NCBI GenBank assembly: GCA_951406725.2
Contig: OX597829.1
Span: 23,684,001-23,748,000, forward strand
Source: Octopus vulgaris
Lineage: Eukaryota
Direction of reading: 5' to 3'
DNA length: 64,000 bases
The position numbers and the translations under genes were made by a program. The notes below the pieces were generated by a model. The model was not told the origin of the DNA. It did not search any database and saw nothing but the letters and a program-made list of their open reading frames with translations. Of the stretch, positions 25,586-38,010 are shown piece after piece. Within the stretch, counting starts at the first letter, position 1, and each line of letters opens with the position of its first letter.

Positions 25586-26781
25586 AAAGGTGGGCACGGT
25601 CCCGTTAATCGAAAAGTTAACTTCGTTAACCGTTAATCCGTTAACCAAAAAGTTAACTTTGTAGCGTAAGCTTGAGGGAATTTCCTCGATCTCTGTTATA
25701 CATACATAAATACGGACATAGTAGATAACAGCTATCCTTCGGCCGCACTTTTGGACCCTGTTGTGTCCACCACTCTGATTGGTTGTTATTGGCGCAATTT
25801 GTCTTTTGCTCTACCGCGCGCCAATATGCAACCCAACCAGTCGCAGCCTTCAAATAATGTCACGTGAGACAGTCTCTTCTAAACCTCAGTTTGAGCCGAC
25901 TGCACCCTATAAAACTCTAGCTTCACATCTAATCGAGGTCTTTCGGTTCCAGACCTTTTAAGATCTAGCCACTGACCACATAGGACACAGCCAGTTCCAG
26001 CTACAACACAACAACAGCCACATGGAGACTCATCAACTTCGTCCAGCAGTAGTCGAGGACCTCCATCTCTGTCGTCACCATTCGTCCTAACGTCAACCCC
26101 TGTAGCGTGATACAAGAAGCCAGCGCCATCTTGTACGAGATCTCGCCAGCGGCCATTGCCATGTCCAAGACAAGAGCGAGATCTCGCCTACAACCATATT
26201 TTGCCATGCACGAGACCACAGCGAGGCTCTCGTGGGCAACATTTATTAAGGAAGTGTAATTGAGAAACCCGTTCTCTTTTCTCGCGTTGGCGTTCACGTT
26301 GAACAACACTGCAACCTAGCAGCTCACAGGGGATTCTCAACCCGCTCTAACTTGACCCGTTATCTCCAGAGGTAATGTAACTCTCGTGAACGGAGCTAAC
26401 GGACTACGCGCTGACATACAGATGGTTGCCGGGAGCAAGCCCCCATGAAATGAGAACTAAATAAACAACCATTGAATTGCATCCGCCTTTAAGGCCTCTT
26501 CTTCGAGTTCCAGAATCCCAAGACTACGAAAAATAATTGTAATGGGAGAAAGAGATACTCGACAGGTATCAGGAACCTTCTAGTTCCATTATAACTTCGA
26601 TAACCGTTAATCAGTTAATTATTTCCTAATGTAACGGAAGTTACCAATAAACCGTTAAAGTTAATTTTTACTATAGATAAAAAAAAATTTTTTTGCTCTA
26701 AATCCATCTAAAAACATCTTTAAAAAGTATCAAAATTATAAAATCCGTTAACTTCAATTCAATTGTTTGGTGCCCAAGTTT
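25586..26781. mobile_element. hAT-like MITE with GTTAAC/CCGTTA subterminal repeats, split by a solo LTR
   Basis: CAAAGGTGGGCAC ... GTGCCCAAGTTT termini; repeated AACCGTTAA motifs on both sides of the insertion. Confidence 0.6.
25660..26593 (+). mobile_element. 934-bp solo LTR (Gypsy-like)
   Basis: TGTAG...TTATA (CA>TA); 4-bp TSD ACTT at 25656-25659 and 26594-26597; AATAAA near 26460; relative at 10258-11095. Confidence 0.7.
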
Positions 26782-26794
26782 TCCCCCTTTTATA

Positions 26795-27410
26795 GGCGGC
26801 GAGCTGGCAGAAACGTTAGCACGCCGGGCGAAATGCTTAGCGGTATTTCGTCTGCCGTTACGTTCTGAGTTCAAATTCCGCCGAGGTCGACTTTGCCTTT
26901 CATCCTTTCGGGGTCGATAAATTAAGTACCAGTTACGCACTGGGGTCGATGTAATCGACTTAATACCTATGTCTGTCCTTGTTTGTCCCCTCTATGTTTA
27001 GCCCCTTGTTGGTAATAAAGAAATAGGTATTTCGTCTGCCGTTACGTTCCGAGTTCAAATTCCGCCGAGGTCGACTTTGCCTTTCATCCTTTGAATAAAT
27101 AAGAACCAGTTACGCACTGGGGTCGATATAATCGACTTAATCCGTTTGTCTGTCCTTGTTTGTCCCTCTATGTGTAGCCCCTTGTGGGCAGTAAAGAAAT
27201 AAGAAACATTAACACGCTGGGCAAAATACTAAGCGACATTTCACCCGTCTTTACGTTCTGGATCCAAATTCCGTAGAGGTCTACTTTGCCTTTCGTCCAT
27301 TTTGGGGGGCGATAAAATAAGTACTAGTTGAATACTGGGGGTCGATGTAATCGACTTACTGCTCTCACGAAATTCCTTGCCTTGTACCAAAATATGAAAC
27401 CAATATTAAC
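26795..27410 (+). mobile_element. SINE C tandem array: two young units followed by an old-subfamily body
   Basis: Head GGCGGCGAGCTGGCAGAA, B-box GAGTTCAAATTCC, core GTCGACTTTGCCTTTCATCCTTTCGGGGTCGAT; junction GAAATA|GGTATTTC. Confidence 0.9.
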
Positions 27411-27468
27411 CCATGTTCTGATGTATTTTTTATAAATCCTACAGTGTGTATAATTTTTTTTTCATTAG

Positions 27469-27599
27469 AATTAAGTATAGCTCTATATCCCAAAGTCATT
27501 ATATTAGGTCTGTTGTGTTTTTATTTATTGAGGTTTTCACTGGGACATTCCACCAGTACACCTTCTTATTAGGAGTGGCTATGGCTTCCACCATTCTGT
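27469..27599 (+). CDS. Candidate exon of an unidentified membrane protein
   Basis: TTTTTTTTTCATTAG acceptor; open frame IKYSS..VFTGTFHQYTFLLGVAMASTIL; GTATGT donor supplied by the microsatellite. Confidence 0.3.
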
Positions 27600-28070
27600 G
27601 TATGTATGTGTGTGTGTGCGTGTGTATGTATGTATGTATGTATGTATGTATGTATGTATGTATGTATGTATGTATGTTATGTATGTTATGTATGTTATGT
27701 ATGTATGTTATGTATGTTATGTATGTATGTATGTATGTATGTATGTATGTATGTTATGTATGTATGTATGTATGTATGTATGTATGTATGTATGTATGTA
27801 TGTTATGTATGTATGTATGTATGTTATGTATGTATGTATGTATGTATGTATGTTATGTATGTATGTATGTATGTATGTATGTATGGATGTATGTATGTTA
27901 TGTATGTATGTATGTATGTATGTTATGTATGTATGTATGTATGTATGTATGTATGTTATGTATGTTGTATATGTATGTATGTATGTTATGTATGTTATGT
28001 ATGTATGTATGTTTGTGTGTGTGTGTATGTTGTATATGTATGTGTAAATATGCATGAATATGTGTATATG
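27600..28070. repeat. (TATG)n/(TATGT)n microsatellite
   Basis: Directly visible. Confidence 0.95.
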
Positions 28071-28274
28071 TGTGTGGAGTATTATGTCGTAACCTAAACA
28101 ACAACGTCTATTTTTATTGCTAGGAAATAAAGTTACTTATTAGTTGACAAAAACATTCCACTATGCTTTGTTCAATTTCTGCTACTCTCCATTAATATAT
28201 CGTTTTACTGGCATTTTATAAACACATTCTGTCATGTTTGTGTTTCAATGATTCCTTCTTTCTGTTTTTTACAG

Positions 28275-28405
28275 CTTTAATATATACTTTATCATTGTCT
28301 TACTTCATCGCAATCAAGCTTTATGGTCGACGCCATTCAACTGCATTGTCTCTTTCATATATAAATGACCGAACACAAACGTTAAACTACTCCATGTCAG
28401 TTTGA
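28275..28405 (+). CDS. Candidate terminal coding exon, phase-compatible with 27469-27599
   Basis: TTCTTTCTGTTTTTTACAG acceptor; SLIYTLSLSYFIAIKLYGRRHS...SV*. Confidence 0.3.
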
Positions 28406-28459
28406 TGGTAGCTGTAGGTAGGATTGACAAAGAATTTAGAATGGGTTATATCACGAAAA

Positions 28460-28837
28460 TCTTTATATATAAAACTGTAGTTGTGTGTCTGTCCCCTTCG
28501 ATTTAGATTCCTAACTACTCCCACATTTTGCGGTGCAGTTTAACCAAAACCGGGTATCTTATAGTCGTGATTCATATCGAGCCCTTCTGGGTATTAGCGC
28601 GCGTCTACGATTTTAAAAATAATTTACCATCATTTTTTTCCATTTTCATGCATATTTTTTTAAAGAGAAGTAACTCTCTAAAAATGTCTACGATGAGTCA
28701 ACGATTTAAAAAAAATTTACCATCATTTTTTTCCATTTTTAATGCATTTTCTTTGCTATTTTTTGGCTATAACTCTTTAAAAATGCTGTATAGTTATTTC
28801 CCTTACAAATCCGAGCAACGCCGGGCGATACTGCTAG
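28460..28837 (+). mobile_element. Non-autonomous Helitron H1, short form
   Basis: A|TC...hairpin...CTAG|T. Confidence 0.9.
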
Positions 28838-28964
28838 TTATTAATATATGTTTCCAAAGAATAATGTATTTTTTGCTCGCGGCCGTGTAAAAAGCAGATT
28901 ATCGAAACTTATCCTTCTTTTAGCTTGGACTCTTTTCAGTCATTGGACTGCAGTCATGCCGGGA

Positions 28965-29517
28965 CACGAAAATTTTTCCCACGAGAGTTCCCGACCCCAG
29001 TTATGAACTCATTTGTATACAGTCAATCAGAGATCAAATTATCAAACTAATTTACGAGCGCATAACAAGTGATGGGTGATCAGATAAGGTCACTTGGTTA
29101 AGGAATGACCATGCTTCTTTTCTCTTTTAAGAATGCTTGTTGTTCTTGTTCTTGTTTCAACCATGGCTGCCTCTGCGTAGTTATTTGTGTTGTTGTTTAC
29201 TTTGTAAAACAGTAAATGGAGAGGGTTGCTGGCACATCACCTTCTACCCACATTTTTCCCATCCACACCTTTACCATACGGGGCCCTAACTGAATTCGAT
29301 AATAGGTATAGATGCAAATCTATCTAATAACTTGTCCCCTTCTAAAACCAGACATAACTTGGTGATCGGTCAACTTACAATACCGTTCTTCGTCTTGCGT
29401 TTGCTTGGTAGAGTGTGTTTGTTAACTTGGCAAAAAGGTCAGGGTGAGTTCTGATTGGCTGTATGCAAATGAGTTCATTAATGGAGTCCGGAACTCTCGT
29501 GGGAAAAAATTTCGCTG
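28965..29517. mobile_element. MITE with ~65-bp TIRs inserted in an old SINE A
   Basis: CGAAAATTTTTCCCACGAGAGTTCC..ATGAACTCATTTG.ATACAG.CAATCAGA and its inverse; imperfect TSD CCGGGA/CCAGGA. Confidence 0.8.
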
Positions 29518-29654
29518 CCAGGATATCTCCTCGAGGGGTTTTAGTCGAACGCATCGAACCCAGTACCTATTTTTAATTTCTGGTTATATCATTCAGTATT
29601 TGCTGCCAAGTTTCGGGAACATAAACAAACCAACACCAACTGTCCAGCGGTGGT

Positions 29655-29975
29655 GAAGGAGCACTCCGTCGGTTGAGGGTCCCAGCTGATCCCGATCAAC
29701 GGAACAGCTTGCTCGTAAAATTAACATCCATGTGACTGAGCAATCCACAGACTCGTGTACCCCTAACGTAGTTCTCTGGGAGATTCAGCATGACACAGAG
29801 TGTGACAAGGCCGGCCCTTTGAAATACAGGTACTACTCATTTTTGCCAGCTGAGTGGACTGGAGCAACGTGAAATAAAGTGTCTTGCTCAAGGGCACAAT
29901 GCGTCGCCGGGAATTGAACTCACGACCTTGCGATCGTGAGCCGAATACCCAAACCATTAAGCCACGCGCCTTCAC
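29655..29975 (-). mobile_element. SINE B variant (long 3' part)
   Basis: tRNA head GAAGGCGCGTGGCTTAATGG; further copies at 33070-33330 and 33653-33980 (+). Confidence 0.8.
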
Positions 29976-30028
29976 AATGGTGAAGACACATACAACTACA
30001 GATACGCGCGCGCGCATACGTGCACACA

Positions 30029-30093
<65 letters not shown>

Positions 30094-30427
30094 ACACACA
30101 CACACACATTCTCTCACACACACACACACACGTTATATACACGACTGCTTCTTTCAGATTTTGTTTACCAAGTCCATTCACGAGAGTTTCATCGGTTCGG
30201 GGTTATAGTAACATAGAAGATACTTACCCAAGGTGCCATGTTGTGAGATTGAACCTGAAACCATGTGGTTGGGAAGTAAACTTCTCACCATACAACTATG
30301 TCTTTTAAAACTAAAATTCTGGAAATACCAACCGAATTTCAGTTACGCTGTCTGTCTGCCTGTCTGTGTGTATGTACGAGTATGTGTAGGTGTGTGTATG
30401 CATGTTTGTGTGTATGTATACATGTAT

Positions 30428-30841
30428 CTCTTTTACTCTTTTACTCTTTTACTTGTTTCAGTCATTTGACTGCGGCCATGCTGGAGCACCGCCTTTAATC
30501 GAGCAACTCGACCCCGGGACTTATTCTTTTGTAAGCCCGGTACTTATTCTATCGGTCTCTTTTTGCCGAACCGCTAAGTAACGGGGACATAAACACACCA
30601 GCATCGGTTGTCAAACAATGCTAGGGAGACACACACAGACACACAAACACACACACGCATATATATATATATAAATATACATATATACGACGGGCTTCTT
30701 TCAGTTTCCGTCTACCAAATCCACTCATAAGGTTTTGGTCGGCCCGAGGCTATAGTAGAAGACACTTGCCCAAGGTGCCACGCAGTGGGACTGAACCCGG
30801 AACCATGTGGTTGGTAAACAGGCTACTTACTACACAGCCAC
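30428..30841 (-). mobile_element. SINE A, near full length
   Basis: Family A match. Confidence 0.9.
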
Positions 30842-31679
30842 TGACGTATTTGTATGTATTTTTTAATTTTCTTTTCTAGTTCCAGATCGAGGGCTGCGGT
30901 CATACTGGGGCACCGCCGTTGTATGTGTTAACACTTAAAGAAGGGAAGGCCACACATAATGTAGATGTAGGTATGCGAAAATAAGTAAATAAATAAAATG
31001 GCGTGGTCATTGCTGGAATGTCTTTGAATATGAGTCTGTTCAGACATTTCTGACTTCGGGTTAATTACAGCATAAATCTATTTACTAGGAGTTAGAAATA
31101 CTCCCTCAAGCCAAATCTTTTACCTGTAGAGTTAAAAAAAAACAAATAGGGTTCCACGCACACGTACACACACATACACACATACTGACACCATACACAT
31201 ATTCACGCTCATACATACACATAAACACACATACAACGGCGGTGATCCAGTATGGCCGCAACCCTCGAGCTGGAACTAGAAGAGAAGAAAAAACATATAC
31301 ATACACATACGTACATATATACACACATACATACACGCACACACACATACATATATACATACATGCATACATCCATCCATACATGCATTATCCATCCATC
31401 CATTCATCGATCCATACATACATACATACATACATACATACATACATACATACATACATACATACATACATACATACATGCATACATACATGCATGTACA
31501 CCTACATGCATACATACATACACACATACATACATACATACATACATACATGCATGTACACCTACTTGCATAATACACATATACGACAATAGTGAGGAAA
31601 AGCATCTTACTCCCGACTGTACATACATGCACACACCTACGTACACACACATACGTACATATATACATACACACACACA

Positions 31680-32660
31680 TTCCTCCATCCATCCATCCAT
31701 CCATCAATCCATTTATCCATCCATCCATCCATCAATCCATTTATCCATCCATCCATCAATCCATTTATCCATCAATCAATCCATTTATCCATTTATCCAT
31801 CCATCCATCCATTTATCCATCCATCCATCAATCCATTTATCCATCCATCTATCAATCCATTTATCCATCCAACCATCCATCAATCCATCAATCCATCCAT
31901 CCATTTATCCATCCATCCATCCATCCATCCATTTATCCATCCATCAATCCATTTATCCATCCATTAATCCATTTACTCATCCATCCATCCACCCATCCAT
32001 CCATTTATCCATCCATCAATCCATCCATCCATCCATCCATCCATCCATCCATCCATCCATCCATCAATCCATTTATCCATCCATTTATCCATCCATCCAT
32101 CCATCCATCCATCCATCCATCCATCCATCCATCCATCCATTTATCCATCCATCCATCCATCCATTTATCCATCCATCCATCCATCAATCAATCCATTTAT
32201 CCATCCATCCATCCATTTATCCATCCATCCATCCATCCATCAATCCATTTATCCATCCATCCATCCATTTATCCATCCATCCATCCATTTATCCATCCAT
32301 CAATCCATTTATCCATTTATCCATTTATCCATCCATCAATCCATTTATCCATCCATCCATCCATCCATCCATCCATCAATCCATCCATCCATCCATCCAT
32401 CCATCCATCCATCAATCCATTTATCCATCCATCAATGCATTCTCCATCCATCCATCCATTTATCCATCCATCCATCCATCCATCAATCCATTTATCTATC
32501 CATTCATCCATCCATCAATCCATTTATCCATTCATCCATCCATCAATCCATTTATCCATCCATCCATTAATCCATTTATCCATCCATTTATCCATCCATC
32601 CATCAATCCATTTATCCATCCATCCATCAATCCATTTATTCATCCATCCATCTATCCATT
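31680..32660. repeat. ~1-kb degenerate (CCAT)n array
   Basis: CCAT/CAAT/TTAT units; source of the 480-aa and 356-aa pseudo-ORFs. Confidence 0.95.
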
Positions 32661-32785
32661 AAATTTCCTCTGCCTCGCCATGGGTGTTATTTAATGGGTC
32701 AATGTCCAAAACATGTCTTTAAACCCCGGTCTTCAAAAAAACCTTGTTACACCATGGTTAACTGACATTAAACCTTTTAAGTACC

Positions 32786-33013
32786 TATTTCTTTACCCAC
32801 AAGGGGCTAAACACAGAAGGGACAAACAAGGACAGACAAACGGATTAAGTCGATTATATCGACCCCAGTGCGTAAATGGTACTTATTTAATCGACCCCGA
32901 AAGGATGAAAGGCAAAGTCGACCTCGGCGGTATTTGAACTCAGAACGTAACGACAGACGAAATACGGCTACGCATTTCGCCCGGCGTGCTAACGATTCTG
33001 CCAGCTCGCCGCC
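32786..33013 (-). mobile_element. SINE C monomer with 9-bp TSD
   Basis: TTAAGTACC at 32777-32785 and 33014-33022. Confidence 0.9.
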
Positions 33014-33336
33014 TTAAGTACCGTCCACCATCCTAGTGGTGTTACTATCACAGACACTAGACATAACAACGGGTATTCGGCTCACGGTCATAAGGCAGTG
33101 AGTTCGATCCCTGGCGGCGCGTTGTGTCCTTGAGTAACAGGTTTTTTTTCACATTGCCCCAGTCCACTCAGCTGGCATTAATGAGTTGTACTTATAATTC
33201 AAAAGGCCAGCCATGTCACATTCTGTGTCGCGCTGAATCTCCCTGAGAATTACGTTAAGGGTACATGTGTCGGTGCTCGTTAATTTCACAAGCAGGCTGT
33301 TCCGTTGATCGGAACACTCGTCGTCGCAACAGACAG

Positions 33337-33454
<118 letters not shown>

Positions 33455-33464
33455 CGTCCGTCCG

Positions 33465-33531
<67 letters not shown>

Positions 33532-34417
33532 GTCTGTCTGTCTGTCCGTCTATCTGTCTGTCTGTCTGTCTCTATCTATCTATATCTGTCTGTCTGTCTG
33601 TCTCTATCTATCTATATCTGTCTGTCTGTCAGTCTGTCTATCTATCTATTGTGAAGACGCGTAACTTAGTTGTCAAGGTATTCAACTCATGGTCCTAAGG
33701 TCGTGAGTTCGATTCCTGGCGGGTGCATTGTGTCCTTGAGTAACAGACTTTACTCTCACCTTGCTCCAGTCTACTCAGCCTGTATAAATGAGTTGTACCT
33801 ATAATTCAAAAGAGCCAGCCTTGTCACATTCTGTGTCACGTTGAATCTCCCAGAGAATTACGTTAAGGGCACGCGTATCTACATGGAGTGCTCAGTCACC
33901 TGCACGTTAATTTCACGAGCAGGCTGTTCTGTTGATCGGATCAACTGGAACCCTCGACTTCGTAACCAACAGGGTGCCACTTAAAGACATAACAAACAAT
34001 ACTATATGATCACATGTCTATGAAAGGAGCATCTACGGGCACCCTCGATCTGCAAAACATGGTAAACAAATCTCGCCTATAAGGGATGATAGGTTGTGAT
34101 CTGAGGTATGGACACTTTAAAACGAGTGGTTTGTATTATTTCATAAAAAGCAAACTCTACTTCAACAATTTGTTCTCAAACAATTAACGTTAACCAGGAA
34201 AGAATCAATGCTTGTCGGTTGAAATCTTTAATACATTTCACTGGCTTAGAAGGCTTACTTCACGGGCTTACAAGGCTTAAATGCGATTGACGAAGGTTTG
34301 GAAGCGGGGATTAATAGATATTATTAGCCAGGAATGCAGCACAAATGAATTCCAAAACCCAGTTCTTGGTAATATTGCTGGAAAGAACAACCCGTTAATA
34401 TTGTCTTGTTTTCCTAG

Positions 34418-34504
<87 letters not shown>

Positions 34505-34506
<2 letters not shown>

Positions 34507-34715
34507 TTTTATGAAAGCTGCAAAATTATCACAAAACTGTTACTCAAAGTTTCACGTTCTCGTTAATCGGGAACGTGACGAACGGGAACGTGAAATTCTG
34601 AGAAACAGTTCTGTGAAAATTTTGCAGCTTTAATAAAAGCATATTCCTCTATCTTTGGTATTCGAGTACTCAAGTACTATTTTTTTTCCACCTTGTTTTG
34701 CATTTATGTGCTTAC
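34505..34715 (+). mobile_element. TA-embedded fold-back element (family P2), aged copy with degenerate hammerhead arms
   Basis: Inverted arms 34506-34565 / 34577-34639; TGACGAACGGGAACGTGAAA; homologous to 43862-44083 in the opposite orientation. Confidence 0.75.
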
Positions 34716-34775
34716 GTGTGTGTGTGTGTGTGTGTGTGTGTCTGTGTCTGTGTGTATACATATGAATACACATAC

Positions 34776-34876
<101 letters not shown>

Positions 34877-35359
34877 TGTATATATGTATACATACATACA
34901 TAATACATGCATGTATACACATAAACTACTCACACATATACACACCCAGCGTGCCTGCAGTCAAATGACTGAAACAAGGAAAAGAAAAGAATAAAAAGAA
35001 TATATATATATATATATTCATTATTATTATTATTAATCGGTAGAAATTTCTCTGAGACTCGAGTACCATAAGAGTATCGTCCGTGACGGACCTCCTCCTC
35101 CACCCCCACCTCACCGCACCCACTCCTTACTTACGATATTCTGGAAGATCATTGCTGAAAATGTCTTAGCCACCACCACCACCACCACCACCACCACCAA
35201 TTCCAACAACACCAGTACCACCATCATCACCTTCAACGCCGTCACCTCCGCCGCCGTCGCCACCTCAGCCACCGCAGCCGCTGCTGCCACCATCACCACA
35301 ACCATAATCGCAATCACCACCACCACCATTGCAACAACAGCAACAATACGGCTTGATTA

Positions 35360-36102
35360 CTGTCATGGGTAAACTGTAACTCGCAGGACTTTCTGAAATG
35401 CACGATTGAAATATTTGTTGATCATACTTTTGAAAATTTGTCATCGTATAATGTTTCAATCTATCTAATTCCCAAATTCCTTAATAAATAAAACTCACCG
35501 CATTTGTTAAATGTTTTGATTTTTAAAAATTCCATATAGCAGCAATTCACTAGATTCCAGAAAAGCTTCCTTCATTATTTCATCATCTTCAGATCGTTTT
35601 TACGTTTCACAATATTATATGATACTTGAAACGACATGCCAGTATCAGGCAGAGATTTAGAAACTGACGCATTAAAAAAATGACTGTTGCTTTCCCAAAC
35701 CTGGAATTTTAATTCTTTGTTTTTGTTTCCTCATTTCCGGTATCTGAAGGAAACTACGTTGCCAATGTTTTCGGAACATTATTAAAATGTCTTCTCATTT
35801 TGCATCACTTTAACGTAACAATATATGCGCGGTAAGTTTCATATGCAATCCCCTTTTATTCATCACGAATAAAAACTTTCTCTTTGTGATGAAATGTCTT
35901 TTTTCAGACCCTTTTAAGTTGTTGGAGATCCATCATTAATGGTATATTCTATATTCGTAGAAAAAGGCGTTTGTGTGTAATTATTATATATGTGATGTTG
36001 ATTTTGAGTATCTAGAAATATATTAACTTTTTTCCTCCGTCGTCTACAAATGTTCGTACACAAAATATTAGAAGATTGTGCCGCACATAAAAAAAAACCC
36101 TG
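35360..36102 (-). pseudogene. hAT (Charlie/GTF2IRD2-like) transposase N-terminal relic
   Basis: MRRHF..FPS..KQQSFF..SFQVSYNIVKRK / EDDEIMKEAFL; CAGGG-like terminus near 36102. Confidence 0.55.
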
Positions 36103-36559
36103 TAAAATATAAGCTGTAATTATATTAATTCTTATATCAACCAGCTCATTTTATTTAAAGAAATTATTTTAATTTCAGTTTATTTGAAACGTTTCCAATA
36201 TTCATTCTAATTTAATCACTAAATAGATAACAGAAAAAAAACAAGTTTTTTTTTTTGGGGGGGAGATGGGGTATTCGGTTGGGTGCCATTGCAGCATTAT
36301 AATCAAATAACCAATCATCTGGCGCTTTAGATTCTGTTTTCTCCATAATTTATATTATCATTTCATGAAATTGGGTTTCAGTAACTTTTCTCACTGTCAC
36401 CTGTTGGATACTATCTGAAAACAAACATATTTTTCGTTTTTTTTTTTTATTAAATAATCCAATAGTATAAATAAACATTCATTTTATTACGATTTTTGTC
36501 AGTCAGTCTGTGTTTTTCTTAGTACGAAAATCTTCCTACGAATGACTTTTTTAAAAATA

Positions 36560-37030
36560 AAATGGACGTGGAATAACCTGTGAGCAATGCATTCGGTACC
36601 CAGACAGACTGATTTCACAGTCGTCTAGCGCTATTTACATCGTAACCATTGCAACTGATTTTCATGTTTTCAACCAAAGGCTAGGATAAATTGTCGAGAT
36701 ATGCCGTGAAGTCTACCCTCACTAATTCCACGTGACCTCTAAATTGTCGGCGAAATGCAGTCCAAAACTATTGCTATCTGTTGGGGATCGGACACCAAAC
36801 AAATGACTTTCGACAAAAAACGTATAACGGCTTTGCTGCAACGTCGCATCTTTGTCAACTGGTATCAACGCACGAAATTTCCTTTGTAGCAAATTCGAAA
36901 CCGAATCGCCAAATTACCAAGAAAAAGCTGCGGCTTAGCAACAGCCATTTCATGTGACCAGCCGATTAAGTAATCAATCAGCATCGAGACACCATGTGAT
37001 GCAACTTTCTAGAATCTTCTAGAATTTCTC
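36560..37030. promoter_or_regulatory. CpG-retaining non-repetitive island with HSE, E-box, M-box and X-box-like motifs
   Basis: TTCtaGAAtcTTCtaGAA 37007-37024; CACGTGAC 36729-36736; TCATGTGAC 36950; GGCTTAGCAAC 36932. Confidence 0.35.
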
Positions 37031-37062
37031 CTAACGAGTTTAATAAATGTGCCAAATTTCAT

Positions 37063-38010
37063 ATTGATTGATTGATTGATTGATTGATTCTAGTTTCAGC
37101 TCATGAGCTGTGGCCATGCTGGGGCACCGCCATTTGGTGTTGCTACATGGTTTTACTTCACGAAAACTTTTTAGCAACTGCCATTTGGTGCATGAGAGAG
37201 TTCGATGCAGCTGCCCTCATCTGCACCTCCTGCCGTGAAGTTGGTTCATCTGGGACACCCGACAGGAAGAGATCCAGTTTCATTTTAAAGACATCTGCAT
37301 CCACCCCATGCAGGTCTCTCAGGTTCTTCGGGAGGATATTGAAGAGCTGTGGGCCTCGGAAGCCCAGGCTATCACAGTATCTTGTCCTACATCTTGATGG
37401 CAAATTTGGAGTCCTAGGCACCACGCAGTGGCGCCCAGTTCTGGCATTTGTGTAACTCTCGATGCCAAAGTTTGGGACACGTCCCTCCAGGATCTTCCAG
37501 ATGTATATTATGGCATATCTTTCCCGCCTACGCTCCAAGGAATATAGTTTTAATCTCTTGCGTCTTTCCCAGTAGCTTACATTCTGCATAGAGGCTATCT
37601 TCTTCGTGTAGCTACGCTGGATCGCCTCGAGCTCTGTGATCAACTTGACACTGGATGGTGACCATAACTGAGAGCAATAGTCAAAGTGGCTTAGGACAAG
37701 TGTCCTCCAGAGGACCATCATGGTTTCTTGTTCTCTTGTTCTAAAGGTTCTGAGAATCCATCCGGCCAGTCGTCTACATTTCATTGCCAATTTAGCAACA
37801 TGTACACGAAAGGTTGCGTCATCACTCATGTAAATACCCAGATCACGCACTGATTGTGCCTCTGGGATTGCTATTCCTCCGGGTCCAGTGTATTCATTGG
37901 GTATTGCATTTAGTTTTGCATGCTGATAGTATAAAGCTTGAAACTTTTCAGCATTGAACTGCATGCTATTCTTTTCAGCCCACTTGTATATTTTGTCCAG
38001 CTCATTGCTG
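37063..38010 (-). mobile_element. CR1/L2-clade LINE, 5'-truncated, with an uninterrupted ORF2 C-terminus (37158-38018)
   Basis: LDKIYKWAEKNSMQFNAEKF, VRDLGIYM, DYCSQLWSP, LEAIQRSYTKKI, LKLYSLERRRERY; (AATC)n tail. Confidence 0.93.

Noticed and set aside
31252-32694. 480-aa and 356-aa ORFs
   Set aside because: Translations of (CATA)n/(CCAT)n microsatellite; the same applies to the many YIYI, CVCV, THTH, LSIY and ERER ORFs
35090-35350. Pro/His/Thr-rich coding exon (also 16740-17070 and 59410-59720)
   Set aside because: Degenerate (CCA)n-type trinucleotide sequence without credible splice context
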